DNA of 63,170 bases, filler included, from Octopus bimaculoides (lineage: Eukaryota), in assembly GCF_001194135.2 (NCBI RefSeq). It is 6 parts of 6 records of this genome, joined end to end, with 100 filler letters (N's around TTAATTAATTAA, not from the genome) between each part and the next. Parts side by side here need not be neighbours in the genome. Positions count along the whole stretch, not along the records: positions 25,918 to 40,349 come from NW_026295218.1; positions 40,450 to 43,482 come from NC_068996.1; positions 43,583 to 54,933 come from NC_068993.1; 3 more parts are not named here. One strand, written 5' to 3'. The notes beneath the pieces were generated by a model. The model was given only the letters and a program-made list of their open reading frames with translations, did no database searches and had not been told where the DNA came from. Made by a program: the position numbers and the translations under genes. Positions 40,277 through 52,194 of the stretch are shown piece by piece. Within the stretch, counting starts at the first letter, position 1. Each line of letters opens with the position of its first letter.

Positions 40277-40519
40277 CTTCGAAAAGATCATAAAAACTAC
40301 ACAGATAATGTACTTGGGCCACCTACCCGGCCTGTTTGTGGTGCCAACANNNNNNNNNNNNNNNNNNNNNNNNNNNNNNNNNNNNNNNNNNNNTTAATTA
40401 ATTAANNNNNNNNNNNNNNNNNNNNNNNNNNNNNNNNNNNNNNNNNNNNTATATATATATATATATTGTTTAATAACCACACTAACAGAATGCAGAATAT
40501 TTCACTGGAAAAAAACCCT

Positions 40520-41480
40520 CTTCAGACCATGACATGATTCTCTGTAACCTGAGATTCCACCAGCCGAAAACAAACGCTAGTGTCCTCTCTCCAGTCCACC
40601 CATTTGATACCATGGCTCACTATAATGCCGACTATCACATGTTGATTCGTCTTTCACACATGCACACACCTCATCCAGCACACATCTCCTCTTGGCAGAT
40701 CTTTGTAGACACTTTCACAAGCATAGCTGCTAAACACCCCACACCAAGAACTCCCCAGAACAGAATAAACTATTATCAGAAAAAAAAGAACAAACAAAAA
40801 ACGTAACAAACTAAAATACTGCCAACAGCCACACATAAATTCGACGGCTATCAGCCTGCTCGAATCAAAAAATATAACTTCCAACAATGAATGAAGACCA
40901 TCATCAATAACCAAAGAATAGCTGAGGAGAAATGGGCCGTTAAGAAAATAAAACTCAACCACAAAGTGTTCTCTTTTCCGAAAAAACACAAGGTCACTAT
41001 CTCCACTGTTGGCCCTCTAATTGATAAAAATGGCTATTTTTCAAGAGTATGCCGAAACCATGAGTGAGATACTGCAGAAACAGTACTTCCTTGGTTTTAG
41101 CAATCCTGATATAGACAATCTGGGCTGTACTAGTGATGTTAATACTCAACACACTATATCGGACATAAAGTTTGACGTCCCTGATGTGTTAGTGGCAATA
41201 AACGAAATTAAACACAATTCAGCAGTAGGCTCTGATAGGTTCTTTGCTTGTGTCCTGAAGGTGTAGCGACACCAACTTGCATCTCCTCTTGCTAATCTGT
41301 GGAGGAATTCACTGGATGATGGTTATATTCCTGAGAACTTTCTGTCCCACTATGTTGTCTCTGTGTTCAAAAAGGGAAACAAGACCCTTGCAGTGAACTA
41401 CCGTCCGATCTCGCTCACCTCTTATAAAGATATTTGAGAGGGTGGTGAGATCACGAATAAGAAACTTTCTTGAAAGGAAT
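40520..41480 (+). mobile_element. Decayed CR1/L2-group LINE fragment (end of APE to start of RT)
   Basis: DHDMILCNL..., VLVAINEIKHNSAVGSD...LASPLANLWRNSLDDGYIP...VFKKGNKTLAVNYRPISLT...IFERVV. Confidence 0.85.
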
Positions 41481-44400
41481 TTTAATTTTTGCTTATTAAT
41501 ATATTTTTAAAAATTGAATGAAAATATTAATAGAAATACAATTATATCTCATGCGATGGTATGTGCATTTATTCTTAAATACCGGCTGTTTCAAACGTTA
41601 ACATACTAATCACTGTGTGTCAATCGCAGGAGAACTGCTTCTCTCCATCAAATATGTCTTCATAATATATATGTACAAAAAATTCCGGGACAACCGGCGT
41701 TTGGATATCTTTGTGTCCCATCAGCCAGAACACTAACTGACCAATCAATCTAATAAAAGAGGACGGTATTCTTCATAAATTCATCCAGCATCCTGATCAC
41801 TGATCCGTATGGATATCTGCTAACTGATAATATTTTATAACTTTTCTCTCGCTTCTATGAACCGCTTTATTTACATGTCCTTTGTGGGACAATATATTTT
41901 AAATAGCAATCAAGTGAACGGTTTTTGAATTAGAGAAAAGAAAATACAAAGTACGCACGAAGAACTTATTTTCGATGACATTATAATGTATGCTAAATGC
42001 GGCTAGCTGGCAAAAACGTTAGCACGCCGGGCATAATTCTTATTGGCCTTTCGCCTGTCTGTACGTTCTGAGTTCAAATTCCACCGAGGTCGACTCTGTC
42101 TTTCATCCTTTCGGGGTCGATAAATTAAGTATCAGTTGCGTACTGGCTCAGTCTAATCGAGTAACTCCGTACCCAGAAATTTAGGCCTAGTGCCTAGAGT
42201 AGAAAAGATTATAATGTATATATAAGCATTAAATTTGACATGGTAAAAACAAGAATTAGATGGTGAATTTTTTCTATGATTGTCTTACATTCTATATCTC
42301 AAAACACAATCAAGAAATCAGTGCGAAACGAACGCTCACACACATATATATGCACACTCGCTCTGTCACATATATCCGTACTATACTACGTGGGACATTG
42401 TTTTCAAATCATTTTTGTGTAATATTTTCAATGCGCACAAAGAAACTGATAACCGAGAGAGAAAATACAGATTGACAAAGCGAGGGTGATTGAAAGAGAA
42501 AGGCCGAGGGAGGAGAGGGCAAAGGGACTGGTAGCGGTAATGGCGTAGAGAAAATGACAGAAAGATACAGGGAAGGAGTGCTCGTGTGTGTATGTGTGTG
42601 TGCGCGCGCATGTGCGTATGTGCGTACTTGCGTGCGTGTATATGCGCGTCTCTCAGCTTATTTGAGAGAGTGGTTGTATGAGTTATCTTTCTTTTGCTAA
42701 TGTTGTCCAATTTCTTATCTTTTTCCCCCAGCTGCTATAATTTATAAACTTCCGGTGAAAATCTGCCATTTTCTCATTGTACAACCATGTTGGTTTTTTT
42801 TTATAGATTTGGTTTTAAGCGGTTTTTCCTTGTTTCTTTTCATATTATATCATTCATTCATTCGTTCATTCAGTCTCATTCGCATCGTTCTTTCATTCGT
42901 CCTTATTTTGCCAAATACGTTTTGTTGGTTTTCTTGATATTCCAGTATATTTCTCTCTTTTTTTACTTTATCATTCTCCAAATATATTCGCGTGCACATA
43001 TGTATACGCACACACACACGCATACACAAATATATATAAGTGATAGTGGAGGTGGGGATAATGTTGTTGATGGTGGTGTAGTGGTAGTTGTAGAAGTGGT
43101 GGAAGGTGATCTTCGATCGAACCAAAATTACTGTGTTTCCATTCTTTTCTCAAATTTTTGATACAGTATGTGGGTTGTAATGCTTGAAAAAAGTGTCATG
43201 AAATTTCGTTGACGAATCGGGATTTTAACAAAGAAATATGAGAACCGTATTTTATACCGCTAAGCACCTTTTCGAAAATTCTAACAATTCCATCGTCCTA
43301 CTTTTGTATTGATCCTGAGAGGATATAAAGCACAGTTGACATATGCAGGATATGAACACTGAACATAAAAAGAAAGAACAGACTTGAAACATTCTACTTA
43401 ACACTGTGTTAATTCATTTTATATACAAATACACTCATACACACACGCACACATATGTATCTATATATACATGTATGTCTATNNNNNNNNNNNNNNNNNN
43501 NNNNNNNNNNNNNNNNNNNNNNNNNNTTAATTAATTAANNNNNNNNNNNNNNNNNNNNNNNNNNNNNNNNNNNNNNNNNNNNTATATATATATACGATGG
43601 GCTTCTTTCAGTTTCCGTCTACCAAATTCAATCACAAGGCGTTGGTCGGTTCGTGGCTATAACAGAAGACACTTGCCCAAGGTGCCATGCAGTGAGACTG
43701 AACATGGGACCATGTGGTTGGGAAGCAAACTTCTTACCACAGAAGAGAAATGTTTTACTGATAAACATATGTATCGAGACAAATGGTCGAATTAAATAAT
43801 TAAGAGGCGCAAATCAGGTATATTTGCCGCGTTAGTTTACCGTTAAGCAAAGTGAGCACGCGTTTAGGGCACAAAAGGAATCACTTTAAACTTGTTAAAC
43901 TGATATTCGAAGTAGTTTATATAATTGGAAATATAATTTCGAACTGTTTATGGTGTCACAGTGAGGATCTGATCCAAGACTTTACGATTTAAAAAAGTAG
44001 TAGAAAAATTTTCAAGCATTAAAGTGGTAGGATCCAAAAATAAGCATTATTTTCTTACTGTTAGTCTTGTTTTATTTTGATAAATTTAGAATTATTCTAT
44101 TGGTTTATTATTGCTTATATTTTGAATTACATTGATATAGGGACACCCAAAATCATTTAAGTGCTCAGGGCCTCTATGTGTCTTCATCTGTCCCTGTATA
44201 TATGAAGTAACAGACGGGTTCTAGTATTTCCAGTACTGTGAACAATAAAAGAAGCGTGAAATGGGGTAATTAAAAATATACCAGTGATTAGCTCGCCGAA
44301 CAAACATGGGACTTAGCCCTAAACGTTTGTTTTATGAGCCGTTATCAGCGGATGTATATCATTCGACATTGTTTGTTGATCTTGTCGTAACTAAATGGAA

Positions 44401-45249
44401 ACACCCGTAAAAATATAAATTAATGTTTTTTGTTTATTTCTTTAATGTATTCATTGATTACTGAATAAATTTTACTATTTAACTATCGCTTGACTAATGA
44501 CGGAAACATTCACTGGAATCGCCCCTTGTCTGTATAGTTGTGGTTATTTGGAAATATATCGTTGTGACATTTATGCGTATTTATGTAAACATTCATGTAT
44601 TCGTACAAATAGTCATCTACCTGAGTGTGTCTATGTAGATATATGCATATACATAGTGTGCGTATGTGTGAGTCTTGTGTATGTATGAGTCGTGCGTATG
44701 TATGAATCTTGTGTATACTCAGTGTTCTTGTGTATTCGTATGTATGCACGCATTCGTCCGTGTGTAGGTGTGCGCGTGTATATAGCGTCACACCTTTTGA
44801 CGTTTGTCTCTATAGCTATTCATTTTTCTACTGTTCCGGTGTCTATGTTTATGAATGCATGTCCTTCCCTCTTTTGTAATATCTGTCCCTTTGTCCATAG
44901 ATCCAGTGTTGTATTTATCTATGTACCGGTTGACTTCTAGCCTCTAACATTGTGAGTGCACTTGCGAGTGGGAGTAAGGCGGTGGACAGATGGACTGGCC
45001 ATTATTAATATCCGCCCGTTATTTTCCACCACACACAGGCTTTCCTGTAAACACACTCAAATTTGCATATCTTTCGGAAAAGTAAGAATGTTACTAAAAA
45101 TTTAATTAGACCATTACAAATGTTCTCACAATCTCTTGAAGTTCCACTCTCCTCCTGGTCATTTTTTCAACCCAATCTTGACCTTTTCCTTCTTACACTT
45201 ACTCATGTTTTTTAACACTTGTATTATTATCTAATTTTATCATTGGTCA

Positions 45250-45633
45250 GTGGAGGCGCAATGGCCCAGTGGTTAGGGCATCGGACTCGCGGTCATAGGA
45301 TTGCGGTTTCGATTCCCAGACCGGGCGTTGTGAGTGTTTATTGAGCGAAAACACCTAAAGCTTCACGAGGCTCCGGCAGGGGATGGTGGCGACCCCTGCT
45401 GTACTCTTTCACCACAACTTTCTCTCACTCTGTTTCCTGTTCCTGTAATTCAAAGGGTCAGCCTTGTCACACTGTGTCACGCTGAATATCCCCGAGAACT
45501 ACGTTAAGGTTACACGTGTCTGTGGAGTGCTCAGCCACTTGCACGTTAATTTCACGAGCAAGCTGTTCCGTTGATCGGATTAACTGGAACCCTCGACGTC
45601 GTAAGCGATGGAGTGCCAACAACAACAACAACA
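45250..45633 (+). mobile_element. SINE family A, full length
   Basis: 11-bp TSD atcattggtca at 45239-45249 and 45634-45644; CpGs largely intact. Confidence 0.9.
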
Positions 45634-45857
45634 ATCATTGGTCATCCGCTGCAAACCTGTCTTCCACAAGCTACTGATGACATGGAGATACAAATACAGC
45701 AGCTATATATTGTACGACATAAGAAGGATCTGCAGTAATAAATACAATTGAATTACAGTTGAATTAGAGATTTCACACATAGCGATTCATGATTGGACAA
45801 TAATTAGATTATTCCATTAAGCTTTGTTAGATACAGAAAATGTATGATGATACAATG

Positions 45858-46688
45858 GGCATAACTACAGAGTTCTACCCCCCCAGACTTTGGAAGGTCA
45901 TAACTTTCGGAAAAATGAATATTTTTTAATGAAATTTTCTATGCATATTGTATTTATTATTTAGATCCCGAATATACAAAAATTTCCGGTGTAAGTGTTT
46001 TGGAATGGGGGTGAGGGACAATTTTCGAAAATTCCAACAGAGTCCATTTAAATTCTTCTTAACTTCCATGAAAATTAATATTTTTTCGTGAAATTTTCTA
46101 CAAATATACCTTGATGTATGTACATTTCGAGCAGTAATAAGCAGAAAAGAGAAGCCGTCATAAGAAAACTAACGTTAAAAATAACATGCACACGATTTTT
46201 TTTCTCAATAGATGTAAATTCCAAAGTAAACGTTTCTAGTAGAGAAGTAGAAGAGAACAGAAGCAGCGTATTACTTCATTACAAATCTACGGATGCACAT
46301 ACGCACATAATAGAGAAAAATGAAACAATTATGGACGACTTGCTCCGAAACACCACCGAGTGGGGAACACTTCTCAAAAATAACCTGCAGTTGTTTCCTT
46401 CAAAATTCCTACATGCTCGAAATGTACATACATCAAGGTATATTTGTAGAAAATTTCACGAAAAAATATTAATTTTCATGGAAGTTAAGAAGAATTTAAG
46501 TGGACTCTGTTGGAATTTCCGAAAATTGTCCCCCAACCCCATTCCAAAACACTTTCACCGGAAATTTTTGTATATACGGGATCTAAATAATAAATACAAT
46601 ATGCATAGAAAATTTCATTAAAAAATATTCATTTTTCTGAAAGTTATGACCTTCCAAAGTCTGGGGGGTAGAACTCTGTAGTTATGCC
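45858..46688. mobile_element. 831-bp fold-back non-autonomous DNA transposon (Mutator- or Merlin-like)
   Basis: TIRs of about 275 bp (45858-46133 and 46414-46688) begin GGCATAAC and have few mismatches. Perfect 9-bp TSD GATACAATG at 45849-45857 and 46689-46697. Confidence 0.92.
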
Positions 46689-47901
46689 GATACAATGTAC
46701 CATTATATGATACAGGAACTATATACCCATAATATATTTTGAAAAGTATTAGAAATATATGATGATATATTCTTGAAAGATATAAGAAATGCCAATGTTA
46801 CTGGTTGATGTCTTATAGCCATTGCATTAAACAATACTTTTAATTAGATGGCCTTACGGAATAAAATGTTAATAAAATAACCGTCTATGTTTGGTTTCTA
46901 TTTCATCAACAGCACAACAAACATCCTATGGGAAGTTGAAACTAACCGTAATCACGTCTCACCCAACAGCTTATCTCTTAGGGTTTGAGAATGACTCCCT
47001 CTCTCTTCCACTAATATTAGAGAACCTGAAAAGGGTCACGAGCACTGCTTTTCATCCTCTGACAACAAAGGGATGTACTGGCTAGTGGTTTGATCTGTTA
47101 AGAATAGTAGTCAAATTGCCCTTTTACACAACGCTATCGTGTTTAAAAAGAGGGTCACCTTGCCCCCAAAATATGGGATGCAAAGATTAGAGTTTAAATG
47201 TCGTTAACCAATACTGACCTGGTTCTAGAAGATAACACGTGCTTTCTTTTATAGTTATTTTTAATAGTAAATTCGGATTTTTATTTTCTTGTTTTCGTTT
47301 TCTCTTCTTTTGATTTCTAAACTTTTATTTCTTCCTCGTTGTACATCTCGTGTTGAGAATTCCTGATTTTAGTGCTGCATCACGTGTCTGTGAGCCTGAG
47401 CAAAGAAGAAGTAGTTGTAGAACTAGAAAAAGGAAGTAATGACGGTTCAAATGAACGACGTCGCTGCCGCCACCACCGTGCGAATGTCACAATGAACAGC
47501 GATCTTCACACCATAAAACACGTGAATACAATAAAAAACATATATCACTTCTCCCACTCTCTTCGCTCACTCACATATTGTCTGTCTGTCCGTTGAAGCC
47601 GGTGATTGTGACACAATGAAAAAAAAACTGGTCTAAATATATATAAATATCTATGTATGTGTGTGCGTGTATATGTGAATGTATCGATGTATGTATGTGT
47701 ATATGTATATATGTTAGTTCACAGGGGACCTAAAGCGGGAAAAAACAAAAGCAAAATAAAACAAGGAAGTAATTTTCGAAATACAGTGTATTTATTGCTG
47801 TATTGGGGACGGTCATTTTTTTGTTTTTGCCAAATAAACACACGAACTATATATGTATTCTTCACTCGTTTATTACTGTTCTTATTCTAACTCATGTCCA
47901 T

Positions 47902-47945
47902 TGTCCGAAATCTTTCGTCACAGATCTGTGAGTTCTTCAGCGACA
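47902..47945 (-). ncRNA. Second hammerhead-like motif, in the left inverted arm
   Basis: tgtcg-CTGAAGA-A-CTCACA-gatc-TGTGAC-GAAA-gattt-cggaca. The first stem-II pair is mismatched and stem I needs one bulge. Confidence 0.5.
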
Positions 47946-48483
47946 TCTTCCGTCTTTGTGTGTGCTTTTGCTCCACTTATTTCATTCTGCTCTTCTATGA
48001 TGTGTATCCTTATGCGTGCATGCGTTTGCGTCCGTGTTTGTATATGTGTATGTGTGTGTGTGTGTGCGTGCGTGTGTGTGTGTGTGTGTGTGTGCGTACG
48101 TGCGTACATGTGTGTGTATGTGTGTCATTGTTCGTATTAGCAGTATGGCCTTCCCCTCATCCCCATCCTCTCCCGTTGTCGCTCCTGCTGTCCCAGCACC
48201 CGAAAATTTGGTACAGTTCATGTATCTCTCTGTGTCTGTGTATTCGCTCACGGTGCTGCCACCGTGGCAGTTGTTGTTGTTGCTATCGTCACTGCTGCTG
48301 CTGCTGTCGTTGTTAGTCGTGTTGTTGATATTTTTTATCTATCTCTATTTCTTATATTTATCACAAGTATGTGACAAATATATTTATTTATTATTTATTT
48401 ATCTATTTATTTATTTCTTATATGTATCACAGGTATGTGCATATATTTCTATTGTATGTGTATTACCCTGTTTGTATTTGTGT

Positions 48484-48577
<94 letters not shown>

Positions 48578-48580
<3 letters not shown>

Positions 48581-48888
48581 TAGTTTTATTTTTATAACGT
48601 GCTTTCACTTCACTACCGAGCGCAGCTCTGTGCGCCTTGGGTATGTGCTGTGGTTTGCTGTGGTGCTCTTATGGTTACTGTATTGAAAGTGTTTTGCGTA
48701 GAATGTGTGCAGTACCCAGTAGTGCAATTTTCTGTATGTTATATATATTTGTAAGTCCTGGTGTTTTTGTTATGTATTTGTCTGAATATTTTTTTATTAT
48801 ACCTAAGGCACCTACTATGATAGGAATTGTTTCTGTTTTTAGATTCCACATTCGAGTTATCTCTATTTCCAGGTCTTTGTATTTTGAA
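48578..48888 (-). mobile_element. 5'-truncated R4/Dong-clade LINE (RLE C-terminus and 3' UTR) embedded in (TAA)n
   Basis: Stop-free SKYKDLEIEITRMWNLKTETIPIIVGALGIIKK...IQKIALLGTAHILRKTLSIQ*. TAA arrays on both sides (48488-48577 and 48889-48922). Confidence 0.9.
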
Positions 48889-48924
<36 letters not shown>

Positions 48925-49029
48925 TTATTTTATTTTATTTTTCCCCTCTCTATTCTCCTCCCTTCTTTAGTCATGTGGTGTGGCGTGGTGTGGTGGTGGG
49001 TGTTATTGTTCCATTCGTGTTTTCTATTG

Positions 49030-49385
49030 TCATTAATCGAGCTTCCATATTCTGCTTGAGCATGTTGGTAGAGCACTGACGAGCCTGTCTCTTCTTTGAG
49101 CTCTCGCCAGTGGTCACTTATACGCTCCTCTATGCTGCGTGCAGTCTCTGCAATGTAAGTAGTTGTCATGTTTCTGCACCGTTCCTCAGTTCATCGTAAG
49201 CTATACACTATATTTCTAACCTTACAGTTAACCCGTGGGTTTCATCTGACATACAATACAATTGTTCTCCGTACACAGGGACTTACCAAAGGGATAGGTT
49301 CTACAGATCAGGGATTTTATAGGGGCACCAGACTTTTCTACTACTTTAATCCGTAGATTAACCTTACTTAACGTCTTTCTAAAAA
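49030..49385 (-). mobile_element. Penelope-like element relic: Cys-rich linker plus GIY-YIG endonuclease
   Basis: RIKVVEKSGAPIKSLICRTYPFGKSLCTENNCIVC...(frameshift)NCKVRNIVYSLR[TGA]TEERCRNMTTTYIAETARSIEERISDH...SSVLYQH. Confidence 0.85.
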
Positions 49386-49464
49386 GGTATGTGCACATAA
49401 GGATACACATCATAGAAGAGCAGACTGAAATAAGTGGAGCAAGCGCACACACGAAAACGAAAAG

Positions 49465-49510
49465 TGTCGCTGAAGAGGTCACAGATGTGTGACGAAAGAT
49501 TTGCAGACAA
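49465..49510 (+). ncRNA. Type-I hammerhead-ribozyme-like motif
   Basis: CTGAAGA-G-GTCACA-gatg-TGTGAC-GAAA: intact core and perfect 6-bp stem II. Stems I and III are degenerate. Confidence 0.6.
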
Positions 49511-50141
49511 TGGACATGAGTTAGAATAAGAACAATAATGAAAGAGTGAAGAACAAATATATAGTGCGTGTGTTTATTTGGCAAAAAAATGACAATCCCG
49601 AATACAACAATCTCTGTTTCAACACATGATTTCACATCAGAAGTCTTGCAACGCAAATTCGTAAATGTATTTATTTATCTACTTTTGATGTTGTCATTGT
49701 TTTATTTATTTTTTTTTTTATTTATCTAAAGATAACACTTGCGTTACGGAAGCATTACGTTCCTGAAAATTATGCCATAGTATGAAATACCGATTCGCGG
49801 AAGTTATTTTCCAATTGACATACATGTAAATCAACGAACATGGAAAAGAATGATCACGCTTAGCGTTAGGGAACCCCACTTTTCTGCAAGATTCGTATGA
49901 AATAACGTGGGAGAACCTGTTAATTGATAAATTAATGAATTCATGAATGAATGAATTAATTAATCCATTCATTCCTGTTAATTAATATTATGATTTAACT
50001 TCATCTGATTCCATAGTTGCAAAAAGGGACTGAATTTTTTAAAAGTCAGTTTATACCAAACTCGTCGTCCTCAGAGTGCCAATCCAGAAAATCAATGTTG
50101 TTCCTATATATATGCATGTATGTATATTCATACATGTATAT

Positions 50142-50223
<82 letters not shown>

Positions 50224-50841
50224 ACACACACACTCACACACGTTATGAGATAGTACGTTTGTATGCATGTATATAATGGAAAAATCTTCGAAACGATGCG
50301 TCCTCGAGAAAAACGGATTTGATTTTCAAAATCTGCGCCCCAACGGGAAGGCATTCGGTGACTAGTAAGAATAAAATATAATTTACGACAATTAACTCGA
50401 CTTTTAGAACACAGAAGGGTGAAACGAAAATTTGACATATGCAGGATTTGAACTCGAAGCATTAGGTCGATTAAAGATATATTCTGTGACGTTTAGTGTG
50501 ACGCTTTATCGTATCTTTGGCTCAGCGAACGGGAACATTTTAGACTGTTGCATAAGACTCGATTCCCGGTTGGAAACTCTAAATATAAACTCTTGGAAAG
50601 TATTCTATGAGGAATGAATTTTATGAATGGTAAGTACACACACACAGATACACACAAACACACACACACACACTGACACACGTACATACATATAAATGCA
50701 TGTGTAGTTTCATTACAATATTGTGCATGTAACTTTAAACGACCAGACTCTCATTCTTATATTTTATTTCCAAGTTTAAATATATTTTTACAGAAATATA
50801 AGGCGGACCACCGCCCATATCTTTACTTTTCTCTCCCTCTT

Positions 50842-50926
<85 letters not shown>

Positions 50927-50993
50927 GTGTTTTGTGGTGTGTATATGCGTGTTTGTGTGCGTGTATACGCCTGTGTGTGTATAGATGTATGTA

Positions 50994-51060
<67 letters not shown>

Positions 51061-51091
51061 GTATTGTCAGTATTGTCACACNNNNNNNNNN

Positions 51092-51125
<34 letters not shown>

Positions 51126-51874
51126 TATGCATGTGTTGGGCATGTATAAATAAACATAAATGCACTCACACAGACATTAATAGACATATATACATATATA
51201 TCATTTCAGAAGTGCTAGATGATAGAAATATCTATTTGCTATTAAGTTATAAAGCCATGTATATCGTACAGTTAAAATTAGACTGAAATATAATATTACC
51301 ATGTTTAGATTTAGCGGTTGTAGGCGTTAAAATATATGGCGGAAGTTGGGAAAATGATATGGCGGCGTTGATGCCTTTTCCAGTAATAAATGAAGTGAAA
51401 TGGGTACGAAGTAGAATTAAAACAAAGATGAGTAAATTCTTGAAAGGAACAGAGACGAAGAGAGTAATAACAGGTTCTTTATCAGTAAGGGTTATCACCT
51501 TTGAAGGCAAAAGGAGAATGAGGAAAGCTCGTAAGAGAGCAACAGACAACCCAGAGCGGAATTGCCCTGGGTCCGGCTCTACCTGTCTCTTTTTAGCCTA
51601 GTCAGCCTGCTATCGATGTGGACGGCCTCCTTTACGAATCTTTGCTCGCGAAACCAAGCGAAGTTTGTATTTTTTGCATGAGCGACAAACAGGGATTCTG
51701 TGACGAAGAAATTTTCTCAAGAAGTATAAGCAGCGTTAATTCATAATGGGTTAACGAGGAAGGGTAGCGCTTGTGAGCCTTTCAAAAGCATCTGTATCTG
51801 GTGGGAATAGGAAACTCGACCCTTCGGTTATTCTTAGACCAAGTATCTCATCCGAATATTTGCAACAGATGTGA

Positions 51875-52194
51875 AGACGCGTGGCTCAGTGGTTAGGGTA
51901 TTCAGTTCACGATCGCTAGGTTGTGAGTTCAATTCCCGGCGAGACCCTGTGTCCTTGAGCAAGACACTATATTTCATGTTGCGCCAATCCATTCAGCTGG
52001 CAAAAATGAATAGTGCCTGTATTTCAAAGGGCCAGCCTTATAACACTCTGTGTCATGCTGAATCTAACTGAGAACTACGTTAAGGGTGTAGGTGTCTGTG
52101 GAGTGCTCAGCCACTTACACGTTAATTTTACGAGCAGGCTGTTCCGTTGACCAGATCAACTGGAACCCTTGTCGTCGTAACCGACGGAGTGCCA
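51875..52194 (+). mobile_element. Chimeric SINE: different tRNA head, CORE-like middle, family-A 3' half
   Basis: ccttgagcaagacactatatttcatgttgc...cagctggcaaaaatga matches the 7685 element. From tttcaaagggccagcc onward it matches the family A tail. Confidence 0.8.

Larger units (their letters stand above)
47777..49621. repeat. Inverted repeat pair of about 240 bp (47777-48022 and 49389-49621), probable Penelope pseudo-LTRs
   Basis: The arms align as reverse complements through catgtccattgtc...tcgtcacagat...ccacttatttca...gatgtgtatccttatg. The right arm abuts the truncated 5' end of the PLE ORF. Confidence 0.85.

Noticed and set aside
47960-48010. ATGA...AAAA...GA pattern in the left PLE arm, as a possible SECIS
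   Set aside because: Helix 2 pairs poorly and the ATGA is absent from the right arm.
50057-50103. Possible 47-nt minus-strand exon (NNIDFLDWHSEDDEF)
   Set aside because: The acceptor lacks a pyrimidine tract, the donor is weak (gtataa), no partner exons were found and no family was recognised.
5804-52194. All six copies with the SINE-A tail lie on the + strand
   Set aside because: The sample is small, and the copies sit on separately joined pieces whose relative orientation is uncertain.
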